32,000 nucleotides of DNA, from assembly GCF_012571795.1 (NCBI RefSeq), contig NZ_CP046222.1, positions 420,819 through 452,818 on the forward strand. Reading direction: 5' to 3'. This DNA is from Candidatus Saccharimonadota bacterium (GTDB lineage Bacteria; Pseudomonadota; Gammaproteobacteria; Enterobacterales; Enterobacteriaceae). The translations under genes and the position numbers were made by a program. The notes beneath the pieces are model-generated. The model was given only the letters and a program-made list of their open reading frames with translations. It did not search any database and was not told the DNA's origin. Position 1 is the stretch's first letter. Every line of letters begins with the position of its first letter. Positions 1 to 8,199 of the stretch are shown in pieces.

Positions 1-566
1 AATTAAAAAAGAAATTATATCTATGTTTAATGAATGTTAATATTTTAGAAGCCATAAGATTTTATGTTAGTTTTGCTTGTTCTTTTGCATTCGCAGAAAG
101 AGAACTTATGGAAGGAAATGCTAAAATTATTAGATTTATAGCAAGAGATGAATATTTACATTTGATAGGCACACAATATATTTTAAATATTATGCAAAAA
201 GGTATTGAAGATAAAGATATGGCTAAAATAGCTATAGAATGTCAAGATCAATGTTATCAATTATTTTTAAACGCAGTACAACAAGAACAACAATGGGCAA
301 ATTATTTATTTCAAAATGGTTCTATTATTGGATTAAACAAAAATATATTATGTCAATATATTGAATATATTACAAATATTAGGATGAATAATGTAGGGTT
401 AGGAACGCCATTTAAAATATTAAAAAATCCTATCCCATGGATGGATTCATGGTTAATATCAGATAACGTACAAATGGCACCACAAGAAGTTGAGGTAAGC
501 TCTTATTTAGTTGGACAAATTGATTCAACAGTAAATATTAAAGATTTTAATAATTTTAAATTATAA
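1..566 (+). CDS. nrdB: Ribonucleoside-diphosphate reductase class Ia beta subunit, C-terminal part (5' end lies outside the window)
   Basis: The frame is open from the window edge (codons from nt 3 read [13 protein letters not shown]...), so the ATG at 30 is internal. The motif [34 protein letters not shown] and the tail [16 protein letters not shown] match E. coli NrdB as recalled. Stop TAA at 564-566. Confidence 0.95.
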   Translation, partial: LKKKLYLCLMNVNILEAIRFYVSFACSFAFAERELMEGNAKIIRFIARDEYLHLIGTQYILNIMQKGIEDKDMAKIAIECQDQCYQLFLNAVQQEQQWANYLFQNGSIIGLNKNILCQYIEYITNIRMNNVGLGTPFKILKNPIPWMDSWLISDNVQMAPQEVEVSSYLVGQIDSTVNIKDFNNFKL

Positions 567-581
567 TTTAAATATTATTTT

Positions 582-611
582 TATATGACTGTTTTATATA
601 ACAGTCATATA
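582..611. terminator. Intergenic stem-loop between convergent nrdB and ydgI; possible bidirectional terminator or RNA-stabilising hairpin
   Basis: Perfect 12-bp stem: tatatgactgtt (582-593), loop ttatat, aacagtcatata (600-611). It has 3 G:C pairs in otherwise near-pure A/T spacer. There is no clean U-tract immediately 3' on either strand, so it is not a textbook intrinsic terminator. Confidence 0.4.
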
Positions 612-645
612 AATACATAAAAAAATATTTTTTATATAAAAAAAT

Positions 646-2040
646 TTATTTTATTACTAAATATAAAGCTAATAACGATCCAAATAATAAAATAATAAAA
701 ATTATTTTTTCTTTTTGGTTAAAAATTAATATTGTAGGATTATATATTTTAGTTAATAATAATAATATTAATCCAGGAATATATAAAATTAAAGATAATA
801 ATAAATGTATAAATCCTGCAGCATATAATAACCATAATCCATAAATACAAGATCCTAAACCAATAAAAATATTAGTTATACTGATTTTATTTTGTAAAGA
901 TATTTTTAATAAATAAGCTCCTACTAAAAAATATGGAACTAATATCATTTCTGATGCTAATGTTAATAAATAATTATAATCTATAGCAGTTAACCAAATG
1001 AATATTAAAAATATTTGCATACTACTACTGGTTAACCATAAAGCATTAACAGGTGTATGATACATATTTTGTTTAGATAAACATTTAGGAAACATATTAT
1101 TTTTCGCAGCTATCCAAGGTACTTCTGCAGCCATAATAGTCCAACTCAAATAAGCACCACAAACAGATATAATCAATCCTAATGCAATAAAAATATTTCC
1201 CCAACTACCAATAAAAATTTGCATTAATCCTGCCATAGAAGGATTTCTCATACTAGATAAATCTATACGTTTCATAATACCAAAAGATAATAAAGTTACT
1301 GATAAATAGATACATAATGCAATTATTACAGCTAGTAATGTAGCTTTTTTAACATCATTTTTATTCTTAGCTTTAGATGATAATATAATTGCTCCTTCAA
1401 CACCAATAAATACCCATAATGTTATTAACATAGTATTTTTAACTTGGATTAATAATGATGTATCTAATGTTTGACCAATTAAATCAAAATTAAATTGTTT
1501 AAAATTAAAAGATATAATAGCTAAAATAATAAATATTGTTAAAGGAAATAATTTTCCAAATGTAGCAATAATATTAATAATAGAAGCAGTTTGTGTACCT
1601 TGTAATAATAAAAAATGAATTAACCATAATAATAAAGAAGAAAATAATAATGCTTGCCATGTATTACCATTACCAAAAATAATATGTTTAGAATTATCAG
1701 TAAAAAAACTTAATGCAGAACAAACAATTACTAAATAAGAAACATTAGCTATAACAGCACATAGCCAATACCCCCATGCAGAACAAAATCCTATTAATTC
1801 ACCAAAACCATCTCTTGCATATGCAAATATACCTCCAGTAAGATTAGGTTTTAACTTATGTAATAATAACATTGATGTTGATAAAAAAATAATTCCTATA
1901 CCAGTAATAATCCAACCAATAATTAAAGCTATTGGGCTAGCAACAACTGCCATATTTTGTGGTAAACTAAATACTCCAGCACCTAACATAGAACTTATAA
2001 CTAATGCTGTTAATGACAAAAGATTTAACTTTTTATTCAA
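646..2040 (-). CDS. ydgI: APC-superfamily basic amino acid antiporter, orthologue of E. coli YdgI (putative arginine:ornithine antiporter ArcD)
   Basis: 464 aa and polytopic. LTALVISSMLGAGVFSLPQNMA, GFGELIGFCSAWGYWLCAVIANVSYLVIV, VKNTMLITLWVFIGVEGA, RNPSMAGLM, VCGAYLSWTIMAAEVP and ASEMILVPYFLVGAYLLKI match E. coli YdgI as recalled. The start codon is TTG (2040-2038), preceded by AAGGA at a 6-nt spacing. Confidence 0.85.
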   Translation of the reverse strand: MNKKLNLLSLTALVISSMLGAGVFSLPQNMAVVASPIALIIGWIITGIGIIFLSTSMLLLHKLKPNLTGGIFAYARDGFGELIGFCSAWGYWLCAVIANVSYLVIVCSALSFFTDNSKHIIFGNGNTWQALLFSSLLLWLIHFLLLQGTQTASIINIIATFGKLFPLTIFIILAIISFNFKQFNFDLIGQTLDTSLLIQVKNTMLITLWVFIGVEGAIILSSKAKNKNDVKKATLLAVIIALCIYLSVTLLSFGIMKRIDLSSMRNPSMAGLMQIFIGSWGNIFIALGLIISVCGAYLSWTIMAAEVPWIAAKNNMFPKCLSKQNMYHTPVNALWLTSSSMQIFLIFIWLTAIDYNYLLTLASEMILVPYFLVGAYLLKISLQNKISITNIFIGLGSCIYGLWLLYAAGFIHLLLSLILYIPGLILLLLTKIYNPTILIFNQKEKIIFIILLFGSLLALYLVIK

Positions 2041-2046
2041 AATAAT

Positions 2047-2051
2047 TCCTT
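2047..2051 (-). promoter_or_regulatory. Shine-Dalgarno (AAGGA) for ydgI
   Basis: The plus strand reads tcctt, which is AAGGA on the minus strand, 6 nt upstream of the TTG start. This supports the non-ATG start call. Confidence 0.55.
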
Positions 2052-2092
2052 TATAATGATGATATAATTTAAAAATATAAATATTTATTAAT

Positions 2093-2839
2093 TTAGACAG
2101 GGTTGTTTATATCAAGAAAATAAACATCTAAATTATATTTGTATTTTAACCAATCACTTAACATTATTATGCCTCCTCTTTCTGTAGCATGATGACCTGC
2201 TGATATAAAATGTACTTTATATTCTTTAGCAAGATGAAAATTCATTTCAGAAACTTCTCCTGTAATAAAAACATCAATGCCAAAAAATATTGCTTCTTCA
2301 AAAAATTTTTGACCAGCACCACTACACCATGCAATATTTTTAATTTGATTATTTATATTAGGTCCTAAATGTAATGGTATACGATTTAGTTTTTGTGTAA
2401 TATTTTTTATAAGTTCTTGTATTGTTATATTTTGTGTAAAACTACCATAAAATACAAAAGGATTAATATTGCCATGAACATTTATATTTAATATTTTAGA
2501 TAAATAAATATTATTACCTAAAGTAGGATGGATATCTAAAGGAAGATGCCAAGCATATAGATTAATATTATTATTTAATAATATATTTAATCTTTTTTTT
2601 TTTATACCCTTAATAGATAAATTATCATTTTGCCAAAATAAACCATGATGTACAATAATAGCATCTGCTTTATATTGTATAGCAGATTGTAATAATTTTT
2701 GACATATACTTACACCAGTAATAATTCTTTTTATACTTTTTTTACCTTCTACTTGTAATCCATTAATTGTATAATCATCTATTTTAAGTATTTGTAATTT
2801 TTTATTAATAATTAATTCTAATTCATTGTTATTTATCAT
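2093..2839 (-). CDS. ybgI: Nif3-family metal-binding protein (GTP cyclohydrolase 1 type 2 homologue YbgI)
   Basis: 248 aa, full-length colinear with E. coli YbgI (247 aa as recalled): NGLQVEG, DAIIVHHG.FW, NINLYAWHLPLD.HP.LGNN, FITGEVSE and AGHHATERGGI. Confidence 0.9.
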   Translation of the reverse strand: MINNNELELIINKKLQILKIDDYTINGLQVEGKKSIKRIITGVSICQKLLQSAIQYKADAIIVHHGLFWQNDNLSIKGIKKKRLNILLNNNINLYAWHLPLDIHPTLGNNIYLSKILNINVHGNINPFVFYGSFTQNITIQELIKNITQKLNRIPLHLGPNINNQIKNIAWCSGAGQKFFEEAIFFGIDVFITGEVSEMNFHLAKEYKVHFISAGHHATERGGIIMLSDWLKYKYNLDVYFLDINNPV

Positions 2840-3018
2840 TTTATTTTTTTAAAAATTATATATAATATATTAAGATGTAAAACATATAATGTATTTATAT
2901 TAAAATAGTTTATTAAAACGAATAATATAATCATATATTATTGAAAAATTAAAATAAAGAATAAAATATATAAATTATATATTATTAAATATTTTTTTTA
3001 AATTATACGGTAATATAA

Positions 3019-4389
3019 ATGTTTGAAAATTTAAGTCAAAAATTATATAAAATATTTTCTAAAATTAGAAATTATGGAAGATTGACAGAAACTAATATTC
3101 AAAATACTCTTGATGAAGTTTATACAAGTTTATTAGAAGCTGATGTGTCAATTAAAATCATTAAAATTATTTTACAAGATATAAAAAGTCAAGCTATTGG
3201 TAAAAAAATCAATAATAGTTTTACTCCAGGACAAGAACTTTTAATGTTAGTACAAAAAAGTTTAATTAAATTAATGGGTACAACAAGTGTAAATATTAAT
3301 TTATCATCGCAACCACCTGTTGTAATTATGTTAGTGGGATTACAAGGTTCTGGTAAAACTACTAGTGTAATTAAATTAGCATATTTTCTAAAAAAAAAAT
3401 ATAAAAAAAAGGTTATAGTAACATCTGTAGATATATATAGGCCTGCAGCAAGAGAACAATTAAAAATTCTAGCACATAAAATAAAAATTGATATTTATGA
3501 AAATAATCATCATAATAAAGTTTTTCAAATCATAAAATTTGCATTACTTCATGCTAAAATTAATTTTTATGATATACTCATTATAGATACTGCAGGAAGA
3601 TTACATATTGATAATGTAATGATGAATGAAATTAAAAATATATATAATATTTTAAAACCCATAGAAAATTTGTTTGTTATAGATGCTATGACAGGCCAAG
3701 ATGCTATAATTAGTGCACAGGAATTTAATCAATATGTACCTATTACTGGTATATTTTTAACTAAAGTTGATAGTGATACTAGGGGTGGTGCTGCTTTATC
3801 TGCTAAATATATTATTAAAAAACCTATAAAATTTATAGGTACTGGTGAAAAAATTAATAAGATAGAAATATTTGACCCAAAAATAATTACTAATAGAATA
3901 TTAGGTATGAAACAAGATTTTTTATCTATTAAAGATATTAAAAAAAAACTTAATGATATAAAAAATCAACAAATTATTCAAAATATTAATAAGAGGAAAT
4001 CTTTAAGTTTATATGATTTTTTAGAACAACTACAACAAATTGAAAAATTTGGCAGTAATAATATTATAAATATTCTAAATAAATTTAAAATTAATCAACA
4101 ACAATATTTACATCATCCTATAATGAATATTATTCACGTAAAGAAACAAACTATTAGAGACACTAAAATTATGATGGATTCTATGACACATTTAGAAAAA
4201 ATAAATGTTGAAATTTTAAATATTTCTAGAAAAAAAAGAATTGCTTTAGGGTCTGGAATATCTTTAAATAATATTAATAATATTCTTAAACAATATAATC
4301 AAATAAAATTAATGACTAAAAAAATTAAAAATAATAATAAAATTAGATCTATGTTAAATAATATAACAAATTTTTTTTCTACAAAATAA
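3019..4389 (+). CDS. ffh: Signal recognition particle protein Ffh
   Basis: 456 aa. The NG domain carries GLQGSGKTT (G1), DTAGR, LTKVDSDTRGGAALS and the hinge ILGM. The M-domain carries RKKRIALGSG. Confidence 0.95.
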   Translation: MFENLSQKLYKIFSKIRNYGRLTETNIQNTLDEVYTSLLEADVSIKIIKIILQDIKSQAIGKKINNSFTPGQELLMLVQKSLIKLMGTTSVNINLSSQPPVVIMLVGLQGSGKTTSVIKLAYFLKKKYKKKVIVTSVDIYRPAAREQLKILAHKIKIDIYENNHHNKVFQIIKFALLHAKINFYDILIIDTAGRLHIDNVMMNEIKNIYNILKPIENLFVIDAMTGQDAIISAQEFNQYVPITGIFLTKVDSDTRGGAALSAKYIIKKPIKFIGTGEKINKIEIFDPKIITNRILGMKQDFLSIKDIKKKLNDIKNQQIIQNINKRKSLSLYDFLEQLQQIEKFGSNNIINILNKFKINQQQYLHHPIMNIIHVKKQTIRDTKIMMDSMTHLEKINVEILNISRKKRIALGSGISLNNINNILKQYNQIKLMTKKIKNNNKIRSMLNNITNFFSTK

Positions 4390-4426
4390 TTATAAATATT
4401 AATTTAATAATCAGGTATATAAATAC

Positions 4427-4651
4427 ATGCTTAAAATTCGTTTATCTAAAAAAGGTATTAAAAAAAAACCTTGTTATAAAATAGTTGTAACTGATAGTAG
4501 AAATCCTAGAGATGGTCGTTTTATTGAAAAATTAGGTTTTTTCCATCCTTTTAATATACATAATAAAACTAAAGTTAATAAAAAAAGAATGGATTATTGG
4601 ATTTCTAAAGGTGCTATATTATCTAAAAGAATATATTCTTTATTAAAATAA
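4427..4651 (+). CDS. rpsP: 30S ribosomal protein S16
   Basis: 74 aa: MLKIRLSKKG.KKKP.YKIVV.DSR.PRDGRFIEKLGFF.P. It sits in the conserved ffh-rpsP-rimM-trmD-rplS order. Confidence 0.93.
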   Translation: MLKIRLSKKGIKKKPCYKIVVTDSRNPRDGRFIEKLGFFHPFNIHNKTKVNKKRMDYWISKGAILSKRIYSLLK

Positions 4652-4657
4652 TTTTTT

Positions 4658-5176
4658 ATGAATAAAAAAAAAACTAATTTTAATAATAAAATATTAATTA
4701 TAGGTAAATTTGGTAAGTTTTATGGAATACATAAATGGATTAAGTTATTTTCATATACAGAAAATACAAATGATATTTTTTTATATAAAAACTTATTTAT
4801 TTTATATACAAACAAAGAAAAATATTTTATAAGTTTTCAACAATATAAAAAAAAAAAATATTTTTATATCACAAAACTAGATAATATTAATTATCAATAT
4901 ATTAACTTAGTTAATCAATATATATATATAAAATATAATGATATTATTACATATAAAAAAAATAATGAATATTATTGGTATGATATTATTGGATGTAATA
5001 TTATTAATAGCTTTAATCAATTAATTGGTGTAGTTATAAATATAATTGCAACAGGTTCTAATGATGTAATGATTGTCAGATTATATAATAAAAAAAAAAT
5101 TATAACTATACCTTTTATTTTAAAACAAGTTATTATAAAAGTAGATTTAAATAATCATATTATACAAATTAATTAG
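4658..5176 (+). CDS. rimM: 16S rRNA processing protein RimM (highly diverged)
   Basis: 172 aa. Conserved islands are IGKFGKFYGIHKWIKLFSYTEN, EYYWYDIIGC, TGSNDVMIV and VDL. The position between rpsP and trmD agrees. Confidence 0.85.
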   Translation: MNKKKTNFNNKILIIGKFGKFYGIHKWIKLFSYTENTNDIFLYKNLFILYTNKEKYFISFQQYKKKKYFYITKLDNINYQYINLVNQYIYIKYNDIITYKKNNEYYWYDIIGCNIINSFNQLIGVVINIIATGSNDVMIVRLYNKKKIITIPFILKQVIIKVDLNNHIIQIN

Positions 5177-5205
5177 AAACATAATGATTTTTATACAGCA
5201 ATATT

Positions 5206-5952
5206 ATGATGAAAATAAGTGTAATTAGTTTATTTCCTAAAATGTTTGAACCAATTTTAAATTATGGCATTATTCGTCAGGGAATAAAAAAAAAATTATT
5301 AAAATTAAATTTTTGGAATCCTAAAGATTTTACTAAGTATAAAAAATATAGAACAGATGAAGCTATATATGGTGGTGGTGGTATTATATTAAGGCCAGAA
5401 CCTTTAATAGAAGCAATTTGTGCCGCAAAAAAAGAATTAAATAATATACAAACAATTTATTTATCGCCTCAAGGAAAAGTTATTAATATTACATATATTA
5501 ATTCATTATTAAAAAAAGATATAATTTTAGTATGTGGTAGATATAAAGGAATAGATGAACGTGTAATAAAACATTATATTGATGAAGAAGTTTCTATTGG
5601 TGATTATATTCTTAGTGGTGGTGAATTACCAGCTATGATTATTATTGATATAATTACAAGATTAATACCTGGAGTTCTTAATAATATACAATCTAATAGA
5701 ACAGATTCATTTTATAATAATGGATTTTTAGATTGTCCTAATTACACAAGACCAAAAAATATTAAATATTTACAAGATATTCCTCCAATATTGCTGTCAG
5801 GAAATCATAAAAAAATTAAAGAATGGAGATTAAAACATTCTTTAGGTAATACATGGTTAAAAAGACCTGATTTATTAAAAAATAAAAAGCTAACAGATAC
5901 AGAAATATATTTGTTAAATAATTTTAAAAAAAAGTTTTTAAATTATGAATAA
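5206..5952 (+). CDS. trmD: tRNA (guanine37-N1)-methyltransferase
   Basis: 248 aa: ISLFPKMFEP, YGGGG, YLSPQG, ILVCGRYKGIDERV, EVSIGDYILSGGELPAM, DSF..G.LDCP.YTRP and LLSGNH..I..WR. The tandem ATGs at 5206 and 5209 are both possible starts. Confidence 0.95.
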   Translation: MMKISVISLFPKMFEPILNYGIIRQGIKKKLLKLNFWNPKDFTKYKKYRTDEAIYGGGGIILRPEPLIEAICAAKKELNNIQTIYLSPQGKVINITYINSLLKKDIILVCGRYKGIDERVIKHYIDEEVSIGDYILSGGELPAMIIIDIITRLIPGVLNNIQSNRTDSFYNNGFLDCPNYTRPKNIKYLQDIPPILLSGNHKKIKEWRLKHSLGNTWLKRPDLLKNKKLTDTEIYLLNNFKKKFLNYE

Positions 5953-5964
5953 TTTTATAGAGAT

Positions 5965-6321
5965 ATGTTAATGAATATTATAAGTCTTATAGAAAAAGAA
6001 CAAATAAAAAAAATAAGTATTCCTAATTTTAGAGTAGGTGATACATTAATAGTAAAAGTTTGGGTAGTAGAAGGTACAAAAAAAAGAATTCAATTATTTG
6101 AAGGTATTGTTATTGCAAGAAGAAATAGAGGGTTAAATTCTTCTTTTACGGTAAGAAAAATTTCTAATGGAATTGGTATAGAACGAGTTTTTCCATTATA
6201 TTCTTATATAATTGATTCTATTATTATTAAAAAAACAGGACAAGTACATAAAGCAAAATTATATTATTTACGCAAATTAACTGGTAAAGCGGCACGCATT
6301 AAAGAACGTTTAATAACTTAA
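5965..6321 (+). CDS. rplS: 50S ribosomal protein L19
   Basis: [47 protein letters not shown] and [20 protein letters not shown]. The second ATG at 5971 ([11 protein letters not shown]) aligns better with the E. coli N-terminus and has better spacing from GAGA (5960-5963), so the true start may be 5971. Confidence 0.93.
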   Translation: MLMNIISLIEKEQIKKISIPNFRVGDTLIVKVWVVEGTKKRIQLFEGIVIARRNRGLNSSFTVRKISNGIGIERVFPLYSYIIDSIIIKKTGQVHKAKLYYLRKLTGKAARIKERLIT

Positions 6322-6342
6322 AATATAATATATATGTTTTAT

Positions 6343-8190
6343 TTAAATTAATAATTTATAAATTATATTAGAATATTTTTTAATATTATGTTCTATAGCT
6401 TTAAATAATATATTATTAGGACTATAAATATATAATTTATTTTTTGTTCTAGTAACAGCTGTATAAATTAATTCCTTATTAAGTAAATGTGAGAATTTAT
6501 CAGGTAAAATTAATGAAATATTTGTAAATTCTGATCCTTGTGATTTATGTACTGTTATAGCATAAGCAATATCATATGGTGGTAAATTTACTATATCTAT
6601 AATATTATTTAATGGAAATATTATTTGAAATTTTTTTTTTTCATCATTCCAAATAGTTATTCCTATGTCTCCATTAAATAAATTTAAAAAATTATTATTT
6701 TGTTTAATAATTATAGGTCTACCTAAATACCATTCTGTTTCAAAGGCATTATAATGTAATATTAAATTTTGATTAAAAAATTCAGTTTCTAACCTATTAT
6801 TAATAGTTTTAGTACCAAATAATCCATTTTGTAATACACATAATATTTGATATTTTTTTAATTCTTGAAAAAGATTATGAAAATCTATATTTTTAATATT
6901 TTTTTTTAAAAAATATAAATAATTTTTAAATTGAATAATTAAATTTTTTATCATAAATTCATAATCTTTAATATTTAAAATATTATTATATATAATATTA
7001 TTATATTTATTATTTAATAATATATCTTTAATGATATGTTTTTGATTATATTTTATTGATATAGCTAATTGATGTATACCTGATGTAATTTTATAACGAT
7101 AATTATTTTTTAATGAGAAAATACAATTTTTTAAATAATATTGTATACTAGATTTATGATATACATATGATATTTTTAATATAGTAGATAACCATATATT
7201 ATATTTTATAGTTTTACTAAATTTCATAAAATAACATAAATCTTGAAATACATAACCAGGTTCTATAGGTGATAATTGAAAATTATCACCTAATAAAATC
7301 AAAAAACTATCATGAGATAAACTTTCTAAAATAATGGTCATTAAATGTAAATCTATCATTGATGCTTCATCTATAATTAATAAGTTTACATTTAAAGGAT
7401 TTTTTTTATTGAAAATTGTTGTTTGATTATACATATTAATTTTTAATAAATTATGTATAGTAACAGCATTTTTAGGAATATTATTTTTTTCTTGATTATT
7501 TAATAAAGGAATAATATCAATAGAGTTAAAAAAAATAGATAATGATTCAGTTAATCTATGTGATGCTTTACCAGTAGGTGTTGCAACTTTTATTTTAAAT
7601 GATTTTGTAAAACATTTTATAAAAAATAAAATTAGTTTAGATATAATACTAGTTTTACCTGTTCCAGGAGATCCTGTAATAATACTAATTCTATGAGTTA
7701 TTGACATTAAGGCTATTTGTTTTTGTATTATATCTTGTTCATTAAATATTAAATTTAGTATAGGTATTATACTATCTATATTTATCATGGTATTATTAAA
7801 TTTATTTTTTATAAAATGTTTTACTATTATGTTTTCTGCTTGCCACATTTTATATATATACAAACATTTATTATATATAATAAATGGTGTTATATATTTC
7901 CCAGTATTTACTTGTGGATATGATAATAATTTTTTTTCCCAATCTTCAATACTATTTAATTTAATGATATTAGTATATTTTTCTAAAAATACTTTTTTAT
8001 TATGAAAAATTTTATTTAAATTAAGTTTTTTAATTGGCAAACAAACATGACCTCTACGCATCATTTTATTTAAATAAGCTATAGCTAATATTAATTCTGG
8101 TTGTGTTATATCAGACATAATATTAGCAAATTGTAAATCAATTTCTTTAAAAATTTTACTTTTATATAAAATATTTAATATATTAAACAT
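6343..8190 (-). CDS. recD: Exodeoxyribonuclease V alpha subunit (RecD, SF1B helicase)
   Basis: 615 aa. Helicase motifs are intact: GSPGTGKTS (Walker A), LLIIDEASMID (Walker B), LLGDNFQLSPIEPG, AITVHKSQGSEF and YTAVTRTK. It lies 9 nt downstream of the recB stop. Confidence 0.93.
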   Translation of the reverse strand: MFNILNILYKSKIFKEIDLQFANIMSDITQPELILAIAYLNKMMRRGHVCLPIKKLNLNKIFHNKKVFLEKYTNIIKLNSIEDWEKKLLSYPQVNTGKYITPFIIYNKCLYIYKMWQAENIIVKHFIKNKFNNTMINIDSIIPILNLIFNEQDIIQKQIALMSITHRISIITGSPGTGKTSIISKLILFFIKCFTKSFKIKVATPTGKASHRLTESLSIFFNSIDIIPLLNNQEKNNIPKNAVTIHNLLKINMYNQTTIFNKKNPLNVNLLIIDEASMIDLHLMTIILESLSHDSFLILLGDNFQLSPIEPGYVFQDLCYFMKFSKTIKYNIWLSTILKISYVYHKSSIQYYLKNCIFSLKNNYRYKITSGIHQLAISIKYNQKHIIKDILLNNKYNNIIYNNILNIKDYEFMIKNLIIQFKNYLYFLKKNIKNIDFHNLFQELKKYQILCVLQNGLFGTKTINNRLETEFFNQNLILHYNAFETEWYLGRPIIIKQNNNFLNLFNGDIGITIWNDEKKKFQIIFPLNNIIDIVNLPPYDIAYAITVHKSQGSEFTNISLILPDKFSHLLNKELIYTAVTRTKNKLYIYSPNNILFKAIEHNIKKYSNIIYKLLI

Positions 8191-8199
8191 GTTATTAAT

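Noticed and set aside
7787-8005. 72-aa ORF on the plus strand.
   Set aside because: It lies entirely antisense within recD, has low-complexity I/F/L/Y composition and no recognisable motif. It is a shadow ORF of a well-supported gene.
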